This document shows, in pieces, positions 56,753 through 64,000 of a stretch of 64,000 nt of DNA. Position numbers and translations under genes: made by a program. Each line of letters opens with the position of its first letter. Position 1 is the stretch's first letter. The notes under the pieces were generated by a model that was given only the letters and a program-made list of their open reading frames with translations, was not told the origin of the DNA and searched no databases. Source of the stretch: Alphaproteobacteria bacterium (GTDB lineage Bacteria > Pseudomonadota > Alphaproteobacteria > Rickettsiales > UBA3002); assembly GCA_031402515.1 (NCBI GenBank), contig JANNSK010000008.1, forward strand, positions 9,717-73,716, written 5' to 3'.

Positions 56753-56878
56753 AAAGAGACCAGAGGCTAGAGATTAGAGGTCAGGGAAGTCATGCGCTAG
56801 AGTATATTGCTTTGTATCAATTGCGGCTATATAAAATGCCAAACCCTGACCTCCGGCCTCTAACCTCCGGCCTCTAAC

Positions 56879-57541
56879 ATGATCCGCTGCCACAATCTTG
56901 CCCTTGAATATGTTCCCGGAAAACCGGTGCTCAAACATGTAAACCTGCATCTAGAGCACGGTTCGTTTACTTTTGTCGCGGGCGCCTCGGGTGCTGGCAA
57001 ATCCTCACTGTTGTCACTGTTGTCGCTGTCGCAGAAGCCGAGCTCGGGTACGTTGCATTTATTCGGGCAGGATGTCACCGATCTGCCACGTGAAGACCTT
57101 CCTGATGCGCGACGAAAAATCGGCACAGTTTTTCAAGACTACCAACTACTGAACCACCTCACAGTTGCCCAGAACGTCGCGCTTCCTTTAAAAATTATTG
57201 GCGAGAAGCCGCAACAACTCACTGCAAAAGTTGAAGAGCTGCTAGCATGGATAGGACTTGACGGTTTTGCCGATGTGCGCCCACCACTGCTTTCTGGTGG
57301 GCAGAAACAGCGCGTTGCCATCGCCCGCGCGGTTATCAACAATCCCCTGCTTATTCTTGCCGATGAACCTACCGGCAATCTCGACCACGAACTCTCCATG
57401 AAACTGATGCACCTATTCCGCTCACTGAATAAAATCGGAGCAACGGTCGTCTTTGCAACCCACGACGAGTCGCTGATCGAGGCCTTCGATTATCCCGTGA
57501 TTTATTTACGCGATGGGCAGCTGCATAGAAACAGAAGATAG
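56879..57541 (+). CDS. ftsE: Cell division ATP-binding protein FtsE
   Basis: Walker [10 protein letters not shown], signature LSGGQKQR, Walker B ILADEP. 220 aa. Confidence 0.9.
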   Translation: MIRCHNLALEYVPGKPVLKHVNLHLEHGSFTFVAGASGAGKSSLLSLLSLSQKPSSGTLHLFGQDVTDLPREDLPDARRKIGTVFQDYQLLNHLTVAQNVALPLKIIGEKPQQLTAKVEELLAWIGLDGFADVRPPLLSGGQKQRVAIARAVINNPLLILADEPTGNLDHELSMKLMHLFRSLNKIGATVVFATHDESLIEAFDYPVIYLRDGQLHRNRR

Positions 57542-58243
57542 CTTCTCCGTCGCCTCGTTGATCACCGTCTCCAGCTGCGCAAGCCATGGTTTATAGTCGT
57601 CGGAGGGCGCAGAGGACAGCGGCGGTAAAAATTCAACCACCGCATGGCCGGGGCGTTTCAGTAGCGGGCGCTTCGGCCAGAATAGTCCGGCATTGAGCGC
57701 GGCGGGCACCACCGACTGCTGCATGGCGGTACTGACACGGGCGATGCCAGCATGAAAAGGGCGCGTTTGTCCGGGCGGGATGCGGGTGCCTTCAGGGAAG
57801 ACCACCAGCACGCGTCCTTGAGCTCCATATTCTTTCATACACTCAGCAATACGTTCGATCGCACCCTTCGGCTTGCTGCGATTGATGCCAATCTGACCGC
57901 TACGCCATAAATACCAACCAAATACTGGGATCCAGTACAGTTCACGCTTAAGTACGAATACCGGATTTCTGAGCAAGCCCCACAACATCAATGTATCCCA
58001 CACCGACTGGTGCTTGGAGGCAACGATGCGCGCACCGCTTAGATGCTCCAACCCGCGTGCTTCGGAGGCGATACCGCAGCTGACACGTAGCCAGAGCAGC
58101 GAGATATAAACCCAGAAACGTGCAGCAATCCATGTGGCCTGGCGCGATATCAGTGTCGGCAAGGAAAGAATGCCGAGAACAACGGTGAAACTTATCCAGC
58201 CGACAAAAAATACGCAGGTGCGCACGGTGACCATTACATCCAT
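57506..58243 (-). CDS. plsC: 1-acyl-sn-glycerol-3-phosphate acyltransferase family
   Basis: KHQSVWD (HX4D) and VFPEGTR motifs. Start taken at MDVMV (the ORF extends to 58318). Its 3' end overlaps the ftsE 3' end by 36 nt. Confidence 0.8.
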   Translation of the reverse strand: MDVMVTVRTCVFFVGWISFTVVLGILSLPTLISRQATWIAARFWVYISLLWLRVSCGIASEARGLEHLSGARIVASKHQSVWDTLMLWGLLRNPVFVLKRELYWIPVFGWYLWRSGQIGINRSKPKGAIERIAECMKEYGAQGRVLVVFPEGTRIPPGQTRPFHAGIARVSTAMQQSVVPAALNAGLFWPKRPLLKRPGHAVVEFLPPLSSAPSDDYKPWLAQLETVINEATEKLSSVSMQLPIA

Positions 58244-58815
58244 GGTCGCAACAAGGCGGCGAGGGTTTTGTGGTATTCGGTCATCAACAGGCGGCGTGTA
58301 TTCTGGTGGCGCCACCATTCAGCGCGACGGAATCCGTCGGGGAACACAGAATCAGCAATCAGCGTAATGCCCGGCAGCGCATGGCGGAACTCGATTAGGC
58401 TGCGCGTCATGTGATAATGTGCGGTGATGAGGCGAACCGAATGCCACTCGTGCCCACGCGCGAACTCGGCGACTTCCTCGGCGTTGGTGCGTGTAGTCGA
58501 GGCGGCATGCCCAAGCACAATAAGCGCGCCACGCGCACGAATCGCTTCGCGTGTGGCGAGATTCGCATGCACCGCCAGCATCTCCGGCAGCGTTACCTTA
58601 CTACCCACGCCGCTGATGAACAGAATGGGAGAAGCCTCCTCAGCCAGCATAGCGAAGCCGCGTTCGACGCGTCCGTTACCACCGGTGAGTACCACTGTCA
58701 CATCAGTTTTTATATCGGACGACGTGGGGGCTGACGGCATAGCACCAACGAACCAGGCAAGGCCGATGGACCAGCCGATCAGCATGAACAGGATGATGGA
58801 CATCAGGAAACGCAT
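58234..58815 (-). CDS. YdcF/ElyC (DUF218) family protein
   Basis: N-terminal TM and the DUF218 pattern VVLTGG...ISG...HM.R. Confidence 0.7.
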   Translation of the reverse strand: MRFLMSIILFMLIGWSIGLAWFVGAMPSAPTSSDIKTDVTVVLTGGNGRVERGFAMLAEEASPILFISGVGSKVTLPEMLAVHANLATREAIRARGALIVLGHAASTTRTNAEEVAEFARGHEWHSVRLITAHYHMTRSLIEFRHALPGITLIADSVFPDGFRRAEWWRHQNTRRLLMTEYHKTLAALLRPWM

Positions 58816-58840
58816 GCGACGAATCTAAAAGGAGTCGCGC

Positions 58841-59389
58841 TTAAGCGCCAGCAGACTTTATGATATATTGCACAGCATCAAGAAGATCTTCACAGATTGC
58901 CGCTGGCTCGAGCCCGGACGGCAACCCTTTTGCAAGCGTTTCCTCACCCTTGCCGGAGCGGACTAGTATAAACGGACAACCTGCTTTGTGCGCCGCCTGC
59001 ATATCGCGAAGCATATCGCCGACAAAAAATGTTTGCGCCACTTTGGCCTTAAAATCGCTTAGGGCCTCAAGCAACATGCCAGCGCCTGGTTTGCGGCGCT
59101 CAGTTGCGGCCTCCGGCGCTTCCGTCGCTACATAGATGCGGTCGATGCGCCCGCCCGCTTTTTCGATTTCACTGCACATATAATCGTGGATGGCGTCGAG
59201 CACGGATTGGGAAAGTTTCCCGCGTCCCACCGCCGACTGGTTAGTGCAGATGGCAATCTGAAAGTCATTCTTGGCGAGCATGACTGCAGCTTCGATGGCG
59301 CGGGGGAGGAATATAAATTTATCGAGCGAGAGTATGCCCTCAGCACGATCCTGATTGATGACGCCATCGCGATCAAGAAGGACTAGCAT
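58841..59389 (-). CDS. HAD-IIIA hydrolase (GmhB-like phosphatase)
   Basis: LLDRDGVIN, CTNQS and FVGDMLRDMQAA motifs. Start taken at the ATG that overlaps the ftsX stop. Confidence 0.75.
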   Translation of the reverse strand: MLVLLDRDGVINQDRAEGILSLDKFIFLPRAIEAAVMLAKNDFQIAICTNQSAVGRGKLSQSVLDAIHDYMCSEIEKAGGRIDRIYVATEAPEAATERRKPGAGMLLEALSDFKAKVAQTFFVGDMLRDMQAAHKAGCPFILVRSGKGEETLAKGLPSGLEPAAICEDLLDAVQYIIKSAGA

Positions 59390-60276
59390 CAGTGCATATG
59401 GTGCAGCATCGACCGCACCGTCAATCGAGTGGCGAGAAGCGCGGTCAGTGCGGTGAATATGGGAAGAGTCACAAACACAATCAGATGCAGCGGACTGAAG
59501 GAAATGATTGGCAGAACCGGCGAGGCGAAACGATGCGAAGCGACCACTGCCGCCACAAAGATTGCCGCTGCGACGCCGACGCCGATAAGCGATCCGCGAC
59601 CGGCAAGTATGGCACTGTTCCATTGGAACTGGCGCAGAATATAGTCGTCCGTGGCACCGAACATATGCAGAAGGCTGACGGTTTTGAAATGCAGCTTGAG
59701 GTTGGTTCTGGCGACAAGCACAATCATCCCCAGCACGCAGGCGAGCAGTAAGGCGGCGACAAGTAGCACCAGCGCCTGTAATAATGTCATGGCTTTTACC
59801 ATATGCGCGACCCAGGGGCCCCGATCCTCGACCGTGATGCTTTTGTCGATTTTGATAAGCCGCCCGCGTAAAGCCTCAAGATCAACCACCGTTTTGTCGC
59901 CACTGACGCCGGTCTTCACATCGATGAGCACCGGCACCGGCAACTCGTCGAGGGCAAAACCATCGCCCAACCATGGTTTGAGCAATGCTTCCATATCCTT
60001 CTGTTCGAGCACGGTGACATCTTCAACTCCGGCCGTAGCACGTAGCGCACTCACAACATCGTCAATAAATATGGGGGCGCGAGAGGCAGGAATTTCAACC
60101 TGAACGACACCGGTCACGTCTTTGGACTGGCTGGCGAGCGTGCCGGTCAGCGTCATGGCAACGGTGAGCAACAGGGCGGCGAATCCGGCCATGCAGGCGA
60201 TCATCGCTGGCAGCATGCGGTGCGCGTCGTCGCGAGCGAAGGGAATATCATTCGAGAGAAGTTGTTTGAAACCCAT
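59389..60276 (-). CDS. ftsX: Cell division permease FtsX
   Basis: 295 aa with TM1, a periplasmic domain and three C-terminal TMs; matches FtsX-family topology and sequence. Confidence 0.8.
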   Translation of the reverse strand: MGFKQLLSNDIPFARDDAHRMLPAMIACMAGFAALLLTVAMTLTGTLASQSKDVTGVVQVEIPASRAPIFIDDVVSALRATAGVEDVTVLEQKDMEALLKPWLGDGFALDELPVPVLIDVKTGVSGDKTVVDLEALRGRLIKIDKSITVEDRGPWVAHMVKAMTLLQALVLLVAALLLACVLGMIVLVARTNLKLHFKTVSLLHMFGATDDYILRQFQWNSAILAGRGSLIGVGVAAAIFVAAVVASHRFASPVLPIISFSPLHLIVFVTLPIFTALTALLATRLTVRSMLHHMH

Positions 60277-60326
60277 GGACGCAGACTAGCAGGTCATGCG
60301 TTTGTGTCAAAGTGGCGAGTGACGCT

Positions 60327-60902
60327 TCACGCTTTGGTATCCACTTGCTTTGCCGCAGCACCGGCAGCAACACCCACCATGGCAGGGCGCAGCAGGCGAT
60401 CATGGATGACATAGCCCGCCTGCAAGACCTGCACGATGGTGCCCGGCTCGGTCTCCGGCGTTTCGATTTGTGCGACGGCCTGATGGTAATTGTGATTGAA
60501 CTTCTCGCCCATCGGATCGAGGCGGCGAATGCCTTGCTTTTCAAAAATACTCAACAACTCTTTCTGAGTCATCTCCACACCGGTAGCCAGCGAGGCGACA
60601 GCAGGCTGCGACTCCTTCAACTCTTCAGGGATACTTGCCGTTGCGCGCTGTAGATTCTCCAGCACATCGACAAGATCGCGCGCAAAACTGGTCACCGCAT
60701 ATTTTGACATATCGGCAAGCTCGCGCTCAGTGCGCTTTCTGGTATTCTCCGCTTCAGCACGTGCACGCAGGATATGGTCCTTGAGAGAGGCGATTTCTTT
60801 TTCCTTCTCATCGAGCAGGACTTGCAAAGCGCGCGCCATCGCTTCAGGGCTGGCTTCAGCCTCGGTGGTATTTTCTTCGGGGATTTCTTCAGGTTCGCTC
60901 AT
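60327..60902 (-). CDS. grpE: Nucleotide exchange factor GrpE
   Basis: Acidic N-terminus, a coiled coil, and C-terminal GYVIHDRLLRPAMV. Confidence 0.92.
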   Translation of the reverse strand: MSEPEEIPEENTTEAEASPEAMARALQVLLDEKEKEIASLKDHILRARAEAENTRKRTERELADMSKYAVTSFARDLVDVLENLQRATASIPEELKESQPAVASLATGVEMTQKELLSIFEKQGIRRLDPMGEKFNHNYHQAVAQIETPETEPGTIVQVLQAGYVIHDRLLRPAMVGVAAGAAAKQVDTKA

Positions 60903-60909
60903 GATGCGT

Positions 60910-60941
60910 ATTATGTCGCGTCTTTTGTCCTATTTTTCAAG
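60910..60941 (-). promoter_or_regulatory. Possible RpoH (sigma-32)-type promoter for grpE
   Basis: The reverse strand reads CTTGAAAAATAGGACAAAAGACGCGACATAAT just upstream of the ATG. CTTGAA matches the -35 well; the -10 is only approximate. Confidence 0.35.
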
Positions 60942-61065
60942 TGGCAAAGTGAGGTTTCAGGTTCCGGGGCTGAGGTAATGCATTGCCACTTGCTACGGAT
61001 GCGCTGTAACCTATAACCTGTAGGCTCCTGCTGACACCTGAAACCCGGACCCTGAAACCTAAAAT

Positions 61066-61785
61066 ATGTCCCGCTCATTCAAACGTACCGCCAGCCAACT
61101 ACGCCCCGTTACCCTTACGCCGGACGCCTCGCGCCATGCGGAAGGGTCCTGCCTCGTCGAATTCGGCCATACGAAAGTACTGTGCACAGCATCCATCGAG
61201 GAATCAGTGCCGCCGCATTTGCGTAATAAGGGCACCGGCTGGGTGACGGCGGAATACGGTATGCTTCCACGTGCAACCAATTCGCGCAACCCGCGTGAGG
61301 CGGCACGTGGCAAACAATCCGGCCGCACACAGGAAATCCAGCGACTCATCGGCCGTTCTTTGCGCACCTCGATCGACCTTACAAAAATCGGCGAACGGCA
61401 GATTATCATCGATTGCGATGTCATCGAGGCCGATGGCGGAACACGCACCGCTTCCATCACTGGTGGATATGTGGCACTCGCCTGCGCCGTGTACAGCCTA
61501 AAAAAACGCGGATTGCTCAAACACGGCGACCCGCTGATTGCGCCGGTCGCCGCCATCTCTTGCGGCATCGTCGCGGGCGCTGCATTACTAGACCTTGACT
61601 ATGAAGAAGATTCCTCAGCTCAAGTTGATGCCAATATCATCATGACGGCAGATGGCAGGATTGTTGAACTACAAATGTCCGGCGAGGAAGCCACCTTCAG
61701 CGAATCTGAGCTCGCCGAACTCATCACGCTGGGCAAGAACGGCATCGCTGAGCTCATCAAGAAACAACGGGAAGTGCTGGCGTGA
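61066..61785 (+). CDS. rph: Ribonuclease PH
   Basis: Classic RNase PH sequence ([17 protein letters not shown]). Confidence 0.95.
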   Translation: MSRSFKRTASQLRPVTLTPDASRHAEGSCLVEFGHTKVLCTASIEESVPPHLRNKGTGWVTAEYGMLPRATNSRNPREAARGKQSGRTQEIQRLIGRSLRTSIDLTKIGERQIIIDCDVIEADGGTRTASITGGYVALACAVYSLKKRGLLKHGDPLIAPVAAISCGIVAGAALLDLDYEEDSSAQVDANIIMTADGRIVELQMSGEEATFSESELAELITLGKNGIAELIKKQREVLA

Positions 61786-62393
61786 AGAACCTCTCTCCAC
61801 TTGTTGTCGCCAGTCATAACCCAGGCAAAGCGCGCGAAATCGAGGTGCTACTCTCATCGCTACAGATCAAAGTCACCTCCGCTGCCGCGCTCAACCTGCC
61901 CGAACCGGAGGAGACCGGAAATACCTTCGAGGAGAATGCTGAACTGAAAGCCCGCGCAGCAGCACGTGTGGCAAACATGACCGCGCTGGCCGATGATTCA
62001 GGATTGGTCGTACCCGCTCTCGATGGTGCACCCGGTATTTATTCGGCGCGCTGGGCGGGCGAAACCAAAGACTTTGCCGTCGCCATGGCGTGTGTGGAGA
62101 AAGAACTCCGCGCAAAAAACATTGAGCCAACCGGCACACCGGCGTTTTTTGTGTGTGTGCTTACATTGGCCAATCCACGCGATGAAGTCATCACCGTGCG
62201 TGGCGAGGTGCATGGCAAACTTACGTTCCCGGCGCGCGGCAATAAAGGTTTCGGTTACGACCCTATTTTCATTGCAGAGGGCTGCCGCCAGACATTCGGC
62301 GAAATGAAGCCCTCGGTGAAGCAGCGCATCAGCCATCGCACCAACGCTTTTAAGTTGCTACTGAAGCTACTCGAGCAGGAGAAGGCGGCATGA
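61782..62393 (+). CDS. rdgB: Non-canonical purine NTP pyrophosphatase (RdgB/HAM1)
   Basis: [27 protein letters not shown] motifs. Confidence 0.92.
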   Translation: MKNLSPLVVASHNPGKAREIEVLLSSLQIKVTSAAALNLPEPEETGNTFEENAELKARAAARVANMTALADDSGLVVPALDGAPGIYSARWAGETKDFAVAMACVEKELRAKNIEPTGTPAFFVCVLTLANPRDEVITVRGEVHGKLTFPARGNKGFGYDPIFIAEGCRQTFGEMKPSVKQRISHRTNAFKLLLKLLEQEKAA

Positions 62394-62947
62394 CCAAACC
62401 AAAAATCATTACCCTCGCCGCCTCCTTCCGCGGTGAAAAATCGCTCAACCAGCAACTGCTTACCATCACACGGAAAGCATTGGAGGCGGATGCCGATCTT
62501 ACCGACATTACCTATGCGGATTGTGATGGGCCGACCTATAAAGACAACGGCGAAACATTGCCCAAAGGCGCCAAGCTGCTGGCGGATGCCTTGCTCGCAC
62601 ATGACGGAATCGTCATCGCCACCCCGGAATATAACTGGTCCATTCCCGGCGGGCTAAAAAACCTCGTCGACTGGTTGTCAGTCGACAAACGAGGGCCGCT
62701 CAATGGCAAGGTGGCGCTGCTCATGTGCGCCTCGACCTCCTCGCGCGGCGGCATCAGCGGATTGCAACAATTGCGCACGGCGCTGCAAGTATTGGGCTGC
62801 TGGGTGTATCCGCACCTCGTCAGCATCGGCAGCGCGCATGAGCACATGAAAAACGTTGAACTTGCCAAGCAGGCCGACCGGCAGTATTTATCGGACTCGG
62901 TCCGCGATTTCCTCCGAGCTACAGAGGCCCTCCATGCGCATCATTAA
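62390..62947 (+). CDS. NADPH-dependent FMN reductase family protein
   Basis: ATPEYNWSIPGGLKN motif. 185 aa. Confidence 0.8.
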   Translation: MTKPKIITLAASFRGEKSLNQQLLTITRKALEADADLTDITYADCDGPTYKDNGETLPKGAKLLADALLAHDGIVIATPEYNWSIPGGLKNLVDWLSVDKRGPLNGKVALLMCASTSSRGGISGLQQLRTALQVLGCWVYPHLVSIGSAHEHMKNVELAKQADRQYLSDSVRDFLRATEALHAHH

Positions 62948-64000
62948 ATCCCTCGCTCTCGCCCTTATACTCACCTGCGCCACACAGAGTGTCGCGGCTG
63001 AATCTATTGTCAAAAGCCAACTCACCATGAATGCCGAGAAGGTGAAAGCAGGCGAGCCTATCTGGGCGGCGATTACGCTCGCCATGCCGAAAGACTGGCA
63101 TGTGTACTGGAAGAATCCTGGTGACTCCGGCATCGCTACTTCTTTTGAGTGGAAGTTGCCCGAAGGCGTCACCGCAGGCGAAACACTCTGGCCCAAGCCG
63201 CGCCGTGTGGCCACCGGCACCATCATCAACTACGGCTATGCCGACCGCGCCATTTTCCTGACACCGCTTACCCCTGATCGCGACAACATCACCGGCGAGA
63301 TGTCGGTGAAGGTCAGTTGGCTGGCCTGTAAGGATACCTGTATTCCTGAATCGGCAACGTTCCGCGCCTACCTGCCGCAGAAGGATGTAACCGCGGCAAA
63401 AGTTGTGAACGAAGCGCGCAGGTATTTGACAAAACCGTTGTCCGGTGCTGCAACCTATCGCGTCGAAGATAAAAAAATTGTGCTTGAGATTGCCTCCTTC
63501 GAGCCATTCAGTGCCTTGTCGCAATTCATTCCGCTTGAGAACGGTATTATCGCCAACGACGGCGCACAGGAAGTGACGCGCACGAGCGGCAAACTCACCA
63601 TCGCCATGCCGCGCGGCAATACGTCACCCATCAAAGAATGGCACGGCATACTACGTAGCGCTGATAACGGATTTGAAGTCACCGCCACGGCACAAAACAT
63701 GGCACCGACGGCAACGGAACAATCGCCGACGGCTTCTTCCTCCTCGCTCATTGTCATTCTGCTGCTGGCACTCGCTGGCGGATTGCTGCTGAACCTGATG
63801 CCGTGCGTGTTGCCGATTCTGTCGCTCAAGGCGCTGGCGCTGGCGAAAAAAGGCGGTGGCTCCAACGCCGAAGCTAAACGTCAGGGCATTGCTTATACCG
63901 CAGGCGTTGTCGGCGGATTTATACTCATCGCGCTGGTATTGCTCTCACTGAAATCGGCGGGTGAGGCGGCGGGTTGGGGATTCCAGTTACAGAGTCCGGG
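62934..64000 (+). CDS. DsbD/ScsB-like thiol:disulfide interchange protein (N-terminal part; continues beyond the window)
   Basis: Not in the ORF track (no stop in the window). My translation gives MRIIKSLALALILTCATQSVAAESIV...WHVYWKNPGDSG... and later LLNLMPCVLPILSLKALA, the DsbD TM Cys motif, in the same frame. Confidence 0.8.
   Translation, partial: MRIIKSLALALILTCATQSVAAESIVKSQLTMNAEKVKAGEPIWAAITLAMPKDWHVYWKNPGDSGIATSFEWKLPEGVTAGETLWPKPRRVATGTIINYGYADRAIFLTPLTPDRDNITGEMSVKVSWLACKDTCIPESATFRAYLPQKDVTAAKVVNEARRYLTKPLSGAATYRVEDKKIVLEIASFEPFSALSQFIPLENGIIANDGAQEVTRTSGKLTIAMPRGNTSPIKEWHGILRSADNGFEVTATAQNMAPTATEQSPTASSSSLIVILLLALAGGLLLNLMPCVLPILSLKALALAKKGGGSNAEAKRQGIAYTAGVVGGFILIALVLLSLKSAGEAAGWGFQLQSP

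Noticed and set aside
58841-59623. 260-aa version of the HAD phosphatase ORF
   Set aside because: The first 78 codons overlap the ftsX coding region and are Arg/Cys/Ser-rich. The ATG at 59389 overlapping the ftsX stop gives a canonical DxD start (LLDRDGVIN).
60903-61065. CIRCE element / hrcA expected upstream of grpE
   Set aside because: There is no TTAGCACTC-N9-GAGTGCTAA-like inverted repeat and no hrcA ORF. Only a weak sigma-32-like motif is present, and it is listed at low confidence.

Overview
This 64 kb window is a mostly ordinary chromosomal segment with visibly high GC. Gene content and synteny look alphaproteobacterial: class I LysRS, SigF/NrsF-type ECF pair, tlpA-argH-lysA, zinc-ribbon/ftsE, HutF/HutG histidine route. 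No taxon can be assigned without a database search.

Housekeeping and metabolic blocks:
- RND efflux pair
- DAACS transporter, TerC and a lone secF
- a branched-chain acyl-CoA beta-oxidation set running straight into prpBCD (methylcitrate cycle)
- hutG/hutU/hutH/hutI/hutF
- lysK, argH, lysA, hpt, ftsE, plsC, ftsX, grpE, rph, rdgB
- a DsbD-like gene open at the right edge

Accessory or unusual content:
1. A bufferin-type RiPP locus: DUF2282 precursor, MNIO/DUF692, DUF2063 and DoxX, with an ECF sigma and a DUF1109 anti-sigma. Two exact GTAACC-N16-CGAA promoters can be read directly in the sequence.
2. A co-directional SapC / LapG-like BTLCP periplasmic cysteine protease / membrane sensor cluster. 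The sensor's HD-GYP domain has lost nearly all catalytic motifs. I propose it is a LapD-analogous c-di-GMP inside-out switch built on HD-GYP. I consider this the best candidate for an undescribed system.
3. A 2485-aa RTX/T1SS-type protein made of about 30-35 copies of an unfamiliar ~56-aa repeat.
4. An AT-rich HNH endonuclease cassette bracketed by inverted palindromic elements, exactly filling the hutU/hutH gap.
5. A ~4.8 kb integrase/AlpA island at tRNA-Ser(UGA), with arm-type repeats and a tight three-gene envelope cargo of unknown function.
6. An apparent inversion that splits ftsE from ftsX.
7. Two divergent promoter regions that share an odd 14-nt tandem plus inverted-repeat architecture.

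All family calls come from reading the translations. No HMM or BLAST was run.
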